Below the pieces are notes generated by a model that saw only the letters and a program-made list of their open reading frames with translations, searched no databases and was not told the DNA's origin. Below are positions 14,639 to 23,033 of a stretch of DNA of 26,063 nucleotides, one piece after another. This stretch comes from a virus. Lineage: Duplodnaviria; Caudoviricetes. Position numbers and translations under genes: made by a program. The stretch covers positions 1 through 26,063 of the IMG/VR virus record IMGVR_UViG_3300012346_000249. One strand, given 5' to 3'. The stretch's first letter is position 1, and every line of letters begins with the position of its first letter.

Positions 14639-14796
14639 CAATAGAAGAACTAAAATCAAAACTTACGGGTGATATCTTCAAGGATGGAGAGATAATGCAA
14701 CAGATTTATGAATTAAAGAAACAGCTCAACCCAGAGATCGAAACTAACCCAGAGTTAGATGACGATGAGGAAGGCTGTTTATATTGCGGAAGTTAA
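14635..14796 (+). CDS. Acidic microprotein with C-terminal CxxCGS (53 aa)
   Basis: Hand-translated MTIEELKSKLTGDIFKDGEIMQQIYELKKQLNPEIETNPELDDDEEGCLYCGS; fills the gap before the primase gene. Confidence 0.8.
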   Translation: MTIEELKSKLTGDIFKDGEIMQQIYELKKQLNPEIETNPELDDDEEGCLYCGS

Positions 14797-14799
14797 ATT

Positions 14800-17178
14800 A
14801 TGATAACTGTATTTAAGAATATTAAGGAGACAAGCACTCCATTCTTCAGGGATATACTCGAAGAGTTTGAACGTATCAGAAATGGTGCGTCAAAGGAACT
14901 CGTTGAGCGCATCCGAGACAAGGGTGAGAAGTCAGACCGAAACGAACTAAAGAAGGACCTACCTGCGATATGTTTCTCAGGTAAGTTTCTTAGACGTGAG
15001 GCAAAAGCAATTGAGCAACACTCGGGATTTATATGTCTTGACTTCGATGGATTCAAGAATAATAAGTTACGAGACAAAAAGAAAGAGGAGCTATCTGAAG
15101 ACAAGTATACGTTTGCTTGCTTTATATCTCCAAGCAACGACGGACTAAAACTAGTTGTTAGAATACCTCCGTCAATAGAAAATCACAAACAATACTTTGC
15201 AGCACTTGAAGAGTACTACGCTTGTGATGAATTTGATAAGACAACAAAGGACATATCTCGTGTATGTTACGAATCATATGACCCAGACATTTATGTAAAT
15301 GAATTCTCTGCACTTTGGGATAGCTTACCTACAGAGAAGTACGAACAGCTAAGTATCGTTGATACAGTTCCTACACTTAAGCTAGAGGAGACAGACGAAA
15401 TCTCACGCAGACTACTAGTGTGGTGGGAAGCTAAGTTCGGTTTAGTAGACGGATCTCGCAACCACAACCTATACGTACTGTGCCAGGCTATGAATGAGTT
15501 TGGTATATCAGAGGACATGTGTAAGGTTATCGTACGTCAGTTCGAGCAAAAGGATTTCCCTTGGGTAGAAATTAAGACTACAGTAGAGTCAGCATATAAA
15601 CAGACTCACCTACACAACACTAAGTTCTACGAAGATACTGAGCGACTTGACGCGATTAAACGTGACGTAAAGCAAGGTAAACCAATCGACAGTATCATTG
15701 AGTACGTATCGAAAGGTGACAAGAACGAAGTTAAGAAAGTAATTGAGCACATCATTGAACTGAACAGTGAGGATGAGTTCTGGAGTATAAACAGTAAAGG
15801 TGTAGTGTCGCCAGTGCATCACTTATTCAAGAAGTTTCTACAGGAGAACGGATTCTATAAGTACTACCACGCAGGATCAGATAAGTTCGTGTTTGTTCGC
15901 ATTCAGAATAACTTAATTGACGATGCTACGGAAGATGACATCAAGGTATTCACGTTAGACTACTTGGATAAGCTTGAGAACAAGTCAATCTATAACTACT
16001 TTGCGGATAAGACGCGTTACTTCAAGGAAGATTTCTTGTCGTTACTTGACAGACTTGACCCAAAGTTTGTTGTTGACTCAATAGCTGAGAGCTTCATCTA
16101 CTTTAGAAACTGTGCACTTAAGATTACACCAACTGAGATACAGCCAATTGACTACATTGACCTTAGTGGATTCGTCTGGAGCAAGCAGATTATCGATAGA
16201 GATTACGTGCCGTCAGAAACGGATGAGTGTGATTTTAAGAACTTCGTGAAGCTTGTAAGCGGTAACGATGAGTCAAAAAAATCACTTGAGTCAACTATAG
16301 GTTTCTTATTGCATGGATACAAGCCAGCTTCGTACTGTCCAGCTGTTATTATTAACGATGAGAAAATCTCAGAGAATCCAGAGGGAGGAACAGGTAAGGG
16401 ACTATTCTTTACAGCTATAGGTAAAATCAAGCGACTTGTTGATATTGATGGTAAGGATTTTAAGTTTGATAAAACATTCCCGTACCAAACTGTATCAGCA
16501 GATACGCAAGTACTTGTGTATGATGACGTTGTGAAAAATTTTGATTTTGAACGACTATTCAGTATAATTACGCAGGGAATTACACTGGAGAAGAAGAACC
16601 GTGACGCGATCAAGGTTCCATTCGAGCAAAGTCCAAAGATTGTAATCACTACAAATTACGCGATTAAAGGTAGCGGTAATTCATTCGAGCGTCGTAAGTG
16701 GGAGATTGAGTTCAGACAGTACTTCAACCGCAACCACACGCCACAGGATGAGTTCAAACGACAACTTTTCGTTGAGTGGGACAAAGATGAGTGGAATAGA
16801 TTTGACAACTACATGATTGGTTGTTTGATGAGATACCTACAGTCTGGACTACTTAAGGCTGAGTTCCGTAACATAAAGGCGCGTAAGTTCATTGCTGATA
16901 CGTGCTTTGAGTTCTACGAGTGGTGTACAGATAAGGAGAACCACAGAACAAATACAGCTAATGCTCAGTATCAAATGACTGACCTGTACAATGACTTCAC
17001 TGAGAAGTATCCTGACTACGGTAGATACGGTAGATACAACTTACCTCAAGCAAGGTTCTACAAGTGGCTAGATAGCTATGGGGTTTACTTCACAGGAAAC
17101 CAACCAGTAACGTCACGTAACTCAGCAGGCAAGACAATTAAATTCATCAGATTAGATGACAAACAATTAAGTTTTTAG
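14800..17178 (+). CDS. Primase-helicase: BT4734/VirE-N-like primase domain, PriCT-like region, SF3-type helicase
   Basis: KKDLPAICFSG, CLDFD, FISPSNDGLK, KDISRVCYESYDP; GSRNHNL; Walker A GGTGKG, Walker B LVYDD, motif C VITTN, ERR. Confidence 0.9.
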   Translation: MITVFKNIKETSTPFFRDILEEFERIRNGASKELVERIRDKGEKSDRNELKKDLPAICFSGKFLRREAKAIEQHSGFICLDFDGFKNNKLRDKKKEELSEDKYTFACFISPSNDGLKLVVRIPPSIENHKQYFAALEEYYACDEFDKTTKDISRVCYESYDPDIYVNEFSALWDSLPTEKYEQLSIVDTVPTLKLEETDEISRRLLVWWEAKFGLVDGSRNHNLYVLCQAMNEFGISEDMCKVIVRQFEQKDFPWVEIKTTVESAYKQTHLHNTKFYEDTERLDAIKRDVKQGKPIDSIIEYVSKGDKNEVKKVIEHIIELNSEDEFWSINSKGVVSPVHHLFKKFLQENGFYKYYHAGSDKFVFVRIQNNLIDDATEDDIKVFTLDYLDKLENKSIYNYFADKTRYFKEDFLSLLDRLDPKFVVDSIAESFIYFRNCALKITPTEIQPIDYIDLSGFVWSKQIIDRDYVPSETDECDFKNFVKLVSGNDESKKSLESTIGFLLHGYKPASYCPAVIINDEKISENPEGGTGKGLFFTAIGKIKRLVDIDGKDFKFDKTFPYQTVSADTQVLVYDDVVKNFDFERLFSIITQGITLEKKNRDAIKVPFEQSPKIVITTNYAIKGSGNSFERRKWEIEFRQYFNRNHTPQDEFKRQLFVEWDKDEWNRFDNYMIGCLMRYLQSGLLKAEFRNIKARKFIADTCFEFYEWCTDKENHRTNTANAQYQMTDLYNDFTEKYPDYGRYGRYNLPQARFYKWLDSYGVYFTGNQPVTSRNSAGKTIKFIRLDDKQLSF

Positions 17179-17375
17179 ATTATGATAACACTTGTAAAAT
17201 TTGTATTGCCAAGTCAATACAACGATTGGGAAGTTAATGATACTGGACATATAGATGGATATGTTCAAGGTTCAAATGGGAGACCGTATGCTGTAGTAAT
17301 TCTTGATAAAAGTAGAAAATTCGTTCTTGCTTCTATCAGTGATATCGAATATAACAATTAAGTTTTTAGATTATG
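17162..17375 (+). repeat. 23-bp direct repeat AACAATTAAGTTTTTAGATTATG (17162-17184 and 17353-17375)
   Basis: Exact match read from the sequence; brackets one ORF. Confidence 0.9.
17182..17361 (+). CDS. Hypothetical protein (59 aa, MITLVKFVLPSQYNDWEVNDTGHIDGYVQGSNGRPYAVV...)
   Basis: Hand-translated; lies exactly between the 23-bp repeats. Confidence 0.8.
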   Translation: MITLVKFVLPSQYNDWEVNDTGHIDGYVQGSNGRPYAVVILDKSRKFVLASISDIEYNN

Positions 17376-18038
17376 GCAAGAATATTAATAGCTTGTGAAG
17401 AAAGCCAAGCAACAACAAAAGCATTTAGAGAATTAGGTCACGAAGCATTTAGCTGTGATTTATTACCATGCAGCGGAGGTCATCCTGAATGGCACTTTCA
17501 ATGCGATATATTTGAGATTATAGATCAAGGATGGGATTTAATGGTAGCTCACCCACCGTGTACTTATTTAACAGGAAGTGGAGTTCAGTGGTTGTCAAAT
17601 CCTGAGGATAAACATTTACCATTTGAGGATAGAAGACCTCATCCAAAATATCCAAATAGAAGAAACGATATGTTGGATAGCGTTGAATTTGTTAAAGCGT
17701 TATACAATTCAAACATTAAACATATTGCTGTTGAAAATCCAGTGGAATTGCTTAGCAGTAGATGGAGAAAGCCTGATCAAATTGTTCAGCCGTATATGTT
17801 TGGAGATGAAGCTACTAAAACTACGTGTTTATGGTTGAAGAATTTACCATTGCTTGAAGCTACTAATATTGTAGGAAAAGGAGAAAGAACTGTATTCTCA
17901 TCAGGGAAATCTCATCCAAAATGGTATGCTGATGCATTGAAGAATGCAAAAACAAAGGAAGAGCGACAAACGCTTAGAAGTAAAACATTTGAGGGAATGG
18001 CTAAGGCTTTTGCTGAACAATGGGGATCAATTCTTTAA
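17373..18038 (+). CDS. Phage DNA (cytosine-5) methyltransferase-like protein
   Basis: ILIACEES (atypical motif I), SCDL, HPPC (motif IV), ENP (motif VI), C-terminal RSKTFEGMAKAFAEQW. Confidence 0.8.
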   Translation: MARILIACEESQATTKAFRELGHEAFSCDLLPCSGGHPEWHFQCDIFEIIDQGWDLMVAHPPCTYLTGSGVQWLSNPEDKHLPFEDRRPHPKYPNRRNDMLDSVEFVKALYNSNIKHIAVENPVELLSSRWRKPDQIVQPYMFGDEATKTTCLWLKNLPLLEATNIVGKGERTVFSSGKSHPKWYADALKNAKTKEERQTLRSKTFEGMAKAFAEQWGSIL

Positions 18039-18041
18039 GAT

Positions 18042-18584
18042 ATGGAAGCAAAATTAATAAAAACAGGTGAAGAATATTTACTTAAAGATCTTCATGGTGA
18101 AACAGTAGCAATTACTAGAGGTTCAATTAAAGGTAAAATGTTATCCAAACAAAACTGTGATGAGATATTTAGAGTACTTGATGTTGAGAAGTTGGCTAAT
18201 GAATATTGTACTCATGAACCTAAAAATGTAAAAGAATTACGAGATGTAAACCTTGTAAAACTAGGCTTTAGAGATGGCTTTAACAAAGCAATGGAGTTGA
18301 ATAAAGACAAGTTGTTTACTATTAAAGAGGTTGTAGAGCTGTGTAAAATATTATTAAGCAATCCATTTGAAAAATGTGGAAAAACTTATCAAGAGTTAAC
18401 TGATAATTATATCCAATCCATCCAACAACCAAAAGAAATTGATGTTGAGATTGAGATGGAAATAGCTGACTTAGCCTTTTATGAGAATGGTGAAAGATAT
18501 CCTATTGAAGCTAATATTCCTGAAAGATTTAAGTACAAACCAAAACTTGACTTAGAAGGATGCCTAATTTTAAAAAGATTATGA
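18042..18584 (+). CDS. Hypothetical protein (180 aa)
   Basis: ORF track; ATGA overlap with the helicase. Confidence 0.85.
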   Translation: MEAKLIKTGEEYLLKDLHGETVAITRGSIKGKMLSKQNCDEIFRVLDVEKLANEYCTHEPKNVKELRDVNLVKLGFRDGFNKAMELNKDKLFTIKEVVELCKILLSNPFEKCGKTYQELTDNYIQSIQQPKEIDVEIEMEIADLAFYENGERYPIEANIPERFKYKPKLDLEGCLILKRL

Positions 18585-19819
18585 AAAGTCTTAGGCAATA
18601 TCAAGTTGATATAGCTAATAGAGCTGTGTCAATACTGAATCAATATAAGTTTGTTTACTTATCATTAGCCGTACGTACTGGCAAGACATTGACTGCACTT
18701 GAGACGGCTAGACTTTACGGAGCTGAAAGAGTATTATTCATAACCAAGATAAAAGCATTCTCGTCAATCAAAGGAGATTACGATGACTTCGGTTACAAGT
18801 TTGACTTAACGATAATAAACAAGGAGTCTATACATAAAATTGAACACAATAACTTCGATATTATAATAAACGATGAATCACACGGGCTTTTTGGAACCTA
18901 TCCCAAGCCGAATAATTTTACTAAAATTTATAAGAAAAGATTTAGTAAGATTCCGTCAATATTATTATCTGGTACAATGTCACCTGAGTCGTATTCACAA
19001 TTGTTCCATCAGTTTTGGATAAATGACTTCGCTGTATTTATGAACTACACCAACTTCTACAAGTGGGCAAACGATTACGTTAACGTTACTAGAAAGATCA
19101 TTAATGGATTTCCTAAGAACGATTACAGTGACGGCATCAGAGATAAGATAATGCAGTCAATTAATCCTTACATGATTACATTCACGCAAGAAGAAGCAGG
19201 GTTCAGCACTAAGATTGACGAGGAGATACTTTACGTTGACATGAGTCCACAGACTTCATTCATAGCTCGTGAGCTAATGAAAGATAAGATAGTTCAAGGT
19301 AAGACCGAGGTTATACTTGCTGACACTGGAGCTAAGATGATGCAGAAGCTACACCAAATCTGGTCGGGTACCGTTAAGTTCGAAAGCGGTAACTCAACGG
19401 TACTTGACAAAAGAAAAGGTGAGTTCATTAAAGAATACTTCAAAGGTCAAAAGATAGGTATCTTCTATGTATTTAAGGAAGAGTATAACTTACTGCTAGA
19501 AGTTTTTGGTGCAGATAACTTGACAAATGACTTAGATGAATTCAATGCGACAAGTAAGAACATTGCTTTGCAGGTAGTATCTGGACGTGAAGGGATTTCG
19601 TTGCGTGCTGCTGATGCACTAGTGTTTTATAACATTGCGTTCAGTGCTGTGTCTTACTGGCAGGCGAGGGATCGATTATCGGGAATCGATAGAAAACAAA
19701 ATAAAGTTTATTGGATATTCTCAAGTAAAGGAATAGAGAGAAAAATTTACAAAGCAGTACAGGATAAAAAGAATTATACCTTGTCTGTGTTTAAAAAGGA
19801 TTACAATGAAAATAGGTGA
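18581..19819 (+). CDS. Superfamily 2 (DExH/SNF2-like) helicase
   Basis: Start moved to ATG 18581. LRQYQ, RTGKT, DESH, LSGT, REGISL, QARDR motifs. Confidence 0.9.
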   Translation: MKSLRQYQVDIANRAVSILNQYKFVYLSLAVRTGKTLTALETARLYGAERVLFITKIKAFSSIKGDYDDFGYKFDLTIINKESIHKIEHNNFDIIINDESHGLFGTYPKPNNFTKIYKKRFSKIPSILLSGTMSPESYSQLFHQFWINDFAVFMNYTNFYKWANDYVNVTRKIINGFPKNDYSDGIRDKIMQSINPYMITFTQEEAGFSTKIDEEILYVDMSPQTSFIARELMKDKIVQGKTEVILADTGAKMMQKLHQIWSGTVKFESGNSTVLDKRKGEFIKEYFKGQKIGIFYVFKEEYNLLLEVFGADNLTNDLDEFNATSKNIALQVVSGREGISLRAADALVFYNIAFSAVSYWQARDRLSGIDRKQNKVYWIFSSKGIERKIYKAVQDKKNYTLSVFKKDYNENR

Positions 19820-20099
19820 CAAAGTAATTTGTGTTGATGATTCTATTAAAGCTGATCAAATTGAGTTTGTACGTGAGGTATACTTGAATTGGATAAAGAA
19901 AGATACTGAGTACACTATACGTGGTTTTACGGATAACGATGGAATAGTTGACGGTATGTGGCTAGAAGAAGTTCACAATATCGAAATTTACCAAAAGCTA
20001 CTTGGTCGATACCAGGAGCCAGCATTTAGAATTGACAGATTTAGAAAAGTAGAACATGAAAGAATCGCAAATACAATCGAAAATTATCAAGAAGCTTGA
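19806..20099 (+). CDS. Hypothetical protein (97 aa)
   Basis: ORF track. Confidence 0.8.
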   Translation: MKIGDKVICVDDSIKADQIEFVREVYLNWIKKDTEYTIRGFTDNDGIVDGMWLEEVHNIEIYQKLLGRYQEPAFRIDRFRKVEHERIANTIENYQEA

Positions 20100-20313
20100 G
20101 GCTGATGGATGGTACGTAATTAAACTGATGAAGACAAATGTAAACGGTATAGCTGACTTAGTTGCAGTTAAACCAAATGACGTTATGTTCGTTGAGGTTA
20201 AGACAGAAAAAGGAGTCCTTAGCGAGATTCAAAAGTATAGAATGAAGGAATTACAGTCCAGAGGGATAAAGTATCACGTATGGACAGATTATAACGTAAA
20301 TTTTGAGAAATAA
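20056..20313 (+). CDS. VRR-NUC domain nuclease (putative Holliday-junction resolvase)
   Basis: ESQIQ, GIADL, FVEVK, LSEIQ motifs; next to the SF2 helicase. Confidence 0.9.
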   Translation: MKESQIQSKIIKKLEADGWYVIKLMKTNVNGIADLVAVKPNDVMFVEVKTEKGVLSEIQKYRMKELQSRGIKYHVWTDYNVNFEK

Positions 20314-20558
20314 TGCCAAGTTTTAGTGTAGACGTAGACGTATGGGATTTCATGTCCGAATTAAGTGAGCGTGAAATAAAAGAAGTTGTTGAATATCTTA
20401 GAGATAATGAAGAGGAAGCATATAGTTTTGGCACATCAAGTAAGCTTTCTTTTGATGATCAGCAGTTAGTTAACAGCTTAATGTTAATAAAAGAAAATTT
20501 GATTCAGTTAACTGAAGAAGAGCAGTTTATAATTAATAATATAGCTAAAAGATTATGA
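20313..20558 (+). CDS. Hypothetical protein (81 aa)
   Basis: ORF track. Confidence 0.8.
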   Translation: MPSFSVDVDVWDFMSELSEREIKEVVEYLRDNEEEAYSFGTSSKLSFDDQQLVNSLMLIKENLIQLTEEEQFIINNIAKRL

Positions 20559-20773
20559 AACTAAAAATAACATTACAGGACTGGGATAGTCATTGCGGTG
20601 ACGGATGTTGCAGTGATTACGGAACTATGCTCTACTTGAATGACGAGCCGTTAGATCACCCAGACGACGATACGATGACTAACGCGTACGTTGGAATGCA
20701 AGTAAGTACAGCACTTAAGGCTGTGTTAAAGAAGTTAGGTTACGAAGTTGAAATTGAAGAGACGTATGAGTAA
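20555..20773 (+). CDS. Hypothetical protein with CGDGCC motif
   Basis: ORF track. Confidence 0.8.
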   Translation: MKLKITLQDWDSHCGDGCCSDYGTMLYLNDEPLDHPDDDTMTNAYVGMQVSTALKAVLKKLGYEVEIEETYE

Positions 20774-21137
20774 GTTTGAAATAGATTTTTTTGAGTTAGC
20801 ATTCTTAGCAGAAGCAACGATTCCGCCTAGACCAATAGCACGCACGATGTTTTGGCAGCACTTAACGGATAGATATTGGTCCCAAATGACTAAAGATGAG
20901 CGAGACAGACTATTTGAGTGGATGAATCGCAATGAGGATTACGTTAGTAAAATAGAGTCTAACGAAGATGTTAATACTTTTCATCTTAGATTTAATCCTG
21001 ATAATCAGTATAAAGTTCATACAGAACTTTACGGAGAGTCATCTGTACATGATGCATTTATGATGAATGAAAGATACTACATCAACAGAACTACATCCAT
21101 TAACGAAGAGTATATAACTAAAGTCGAGAAGGTATGA
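20766..21137 (+). CDS. Hypothetical protein (123 aa)
   Basis: Start moved to ATG 20766 (MSKFEIDFFEL...). Confidence 0.85.
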   Translation: MSKFEIDFFELAFLAEATIPPRPIARTMFWQHLTDRYWSQMTKDERDRLFEWMNRNEDYVSKIESNEDVNTFHLRFNPDNQYKVHTELYGESSVHDAFMMNERYYINRTTSINEEYITKVEKV

Positions 21138-21271
21138 TAGGTAATATGTATTTAGGTGTAAAGAGATTACTACATCAGCATGTGTTCTGTATTCATCATT
21201 ACATAACTGAGATCAGAAAAGATAACGGTGCATCTTTTGAGATATGCACTAAATGTAAATTAATAAAATAA
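21134..21271 (+). CDS. Putative zinc-ribbon microprotein (45 aa)
   Basis: Hand-translated ...FCIHHY...ICTKCKLIK; ATGA overlap. Confidence 0.7.
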   Translation: MIGNMYLGVKRLLHQHVFCIHHYITEIRKDNGASFEICTKCKLIK

Positions 21272-21276
21272 ATAAT

Positions 21277-21483
21277 ATGATGTACGAAACAATAGACACC
21301 GTGTCCGTGATGACTATTAATTCAATGACAAGGAACATAGAAGAACTTATAAAAGCAACAAAAGAACAACACTTCGATTTTAATTTTCTTTCAGCAGAAT
21401 ACGTAGGTCAAAGTCAATTCACCGACATGTTTATATATAAGATAAAGTTTAAACACACGATTAGATTATTATTACCACGATGA
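21277..21483 (+). CDS. Hypothetical protein (68 aa)
   Basis: ORF track. Confidence 0.7.
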   Translation: MMYETIDTVSVMTINSMTRNIEELIKATKEQHFDFNFLSAEYVGQSQFTDMFIYKIKFKHTIRLLLPR

Positions 21484-21758
21484 AACTCTACATAGCTGAC
21501 ATTAAGTTCGTATTAGTTGGTCGACCTAAGCCGCGCGCTAGACAAAAAACTAAACCAAAAGAGGAACGTCATGTGTTCTCACTTGAAAATATTCCAATTG
21601 TTTTAGATGACAATCAAAAAATACCTGAATCGTACTATGACAGCACGATGCGTAGGCTAACAAAGAACCGAGTTAAGGATTATAAACTGTACAATATTCA
21701 ATATTTTTTAACTAATGTTAGGTTTTCATCAAAAATAATGGTAGATTTGCGAGCATGA
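21480..21758 (+). CDS. Hypothetical basic protein (92 aa)
   Basis: ORF track. Confidence 0.75.
   Translation: MKLYIADIKFVLVGRPKPRARQKTKPKEERHVFSLENIPIVLDDNQKIPESYYDSTMRRLTKNRVKDYKLYNIQYFLTNVRFSSKIMVDLRA
21742..21749 (+). promoter_or_regulatory. Possible -7 element TAGATTTG, 5 nt before ATG 21755 (near-leaderless transcript)
   Basis: Exact TAnnTTTG; no clear -33 element. Confidence 0.4.
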
Positions 21759-21934
21759 CGCAATACGTATTATCCACTATGCAAGAAATTAATGACTATA
21801 CAGATGATCTGTATGAGGCATTGATGGATAACGACGAGAATGTAATAGCAATATGCGACAGCCTAATTAAGACATTGCGAGACGTAAAAAGATCTTATGG
21901 AGAAAATCAAATCCAGAGCCATTCAGTTGGTTAA
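21755..21934 (+). CDS. Hypothetical protein (59 aa, MTQYVLSTMQEINDYTDDLYEALMD...)
   Basis: Hand-translated; ATGA overlap; fills the gap. Confidence 0.75.
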   Translation: MTQYVLSTMQEINDYTDDLYEALMDNDENVIAICDSLIKTLRDVKRSYGENQIQSHSVG

Positions 21935-23033
21935 CGAAGAGGGGTATAACTTCTCAGAAGCAGCTAGAATCTTAGCAAAAGAATTTAACATAGAGAACGT
22001 CGATACGCTTCGTAAAAATGTCTCAAATTGGAATAACAGAAACGCATTCGTTGAAGAGTGTGAAAAACAAGGGATCAACCCAGATGAAGTACCACGCTAT
22101 TGGTACAAAGGGAAACACTTCTCAATCAACGTAAACCCAGGACAAACAAACATAGAGGATGCTGTAAGAAGAATAATCTCTCAAGCTAAACTCACACCAC
22201 AACCGATTACAAAAGTAGTATCAAGTTCTGAGATGGCTCTACGAGTTGTTTTATCTGACATGCACGTTGGATTAAACCCTGGCGCAAAAAGTCTTTACAG
22301 CTACGAGTACAATGCTGATATTTTCAACCAAAGAATTGATCATGTGTACAATTACATTAGAAGTAAAGTAATGCAGAACGGACCGTATGACGTTTTATTC
22401 ATTGACGATTTAGGAGATGGACTTGACGGATACAACGGTAAAACAACTCGTGGGGGTCATGAACTAGAACAGAACATGACTACCGAACAACAGTTCGAAA
22501 CATTTGTTCAAGGAAAGTTACGTCTTATTAGAATGTGCGAATCATTTGCTAAGAAAATCATTTGCCGTAACGTAACTTCAGATAACCACAGCGGTAGCTT
22601 CGCGTACATTGCTAACCGCACGATACAAATGGTACTTGAACACATCATGCCTAAAGTTGAGTTCATGGTGTTGGATGAATTCATTACACCAACTTACTAT
22701 GGCGATCACTGCCACATCTTAACGCACGGTAAAGATGCTAAGTACATGTTCAAAGGATTCCCGTTGAAACTTGATCCTAAGACAAGTACAATCTTGTTGG
22801 ATTACATATATGAAAAAAACATAACATCTAAGTATATACACTTAGATAAAGGTGACTTACACCAACTTGCTTACGATAGAGCACGTCGCTTTGATTACCG
22901 TAACTTCATGTCATTTGCTCCACCGTCAAATTGGGTGCAGCATAATTTTGGTGTATCTTACTGTGGGTACAGCGTACAAGAGATACCGAAGTTCAGTAAC
23001 GATGTACGCCATACCGACATATTCTTTGATTAA
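21897..23033 (+). CDS. Calcineurin-like metallophosphoesterase with an N-terminal HTH-like region
   Basis: SDMH, GDGLDG, DNH, THG, GDLH motifs; N-terminal YNFSEAARILA...TLRKNV. Confidence 0.85.
   Translation: MEKIKSRAIQLVNEEGYNFSEAARILAKEFNIENVDTLRKNVSNWNNRNAFVEECEKQGINPDEVPRYWYKGKHFSINVNPGQTNIEDAVRRIISQAKLTPQPITKVVSSSEMALRVVLSDMHVGLNPGAKSLYSYEYNADIFNQRIDHVYNYIRSKVMQNGPYDVLFIDDLGDGLDGYNGKTTRGGHELEQNMTTEQQFETFVQGKLRLIRMCESFAKKIICRNVTSDNHSGSFAYIANRTIQMVLEHIMPKVEFMVLDEFITPTYYGDHCHILTHGKDAKYMFKGFPLKLDPKTSTILLDYIYEKNITSKYIHLDKGDLHQLAYDRARRFDYRNFMSFAPPSNWVQHNFGVSYCGYSVQEIPKFSNDVRHTDIFFD

Noticed and set aside
13494-14640. CRISPR-like array
   Set aside because: Only two exact copies per repeat, the intervening units are whole ORFs of 130-280 bp, and there are no cas genes.
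9145-20131. CTGATGA hammerhead-core matches at 9145, 12295 and 20125
   Set aside because: All lie inside coding sequence (Leu-Met codons) without the flanking stems and GAAA geometry.
7791-20560. Recurrent AGATTATG / TAAATTAATATGAAA / AATAAAATGAAACAAA at distant gene starts
   Set aside because: Low-complexity and explainable by the A-rich Bacteroidota initiation context and ATGA coupling; not counted as cassette repeats.
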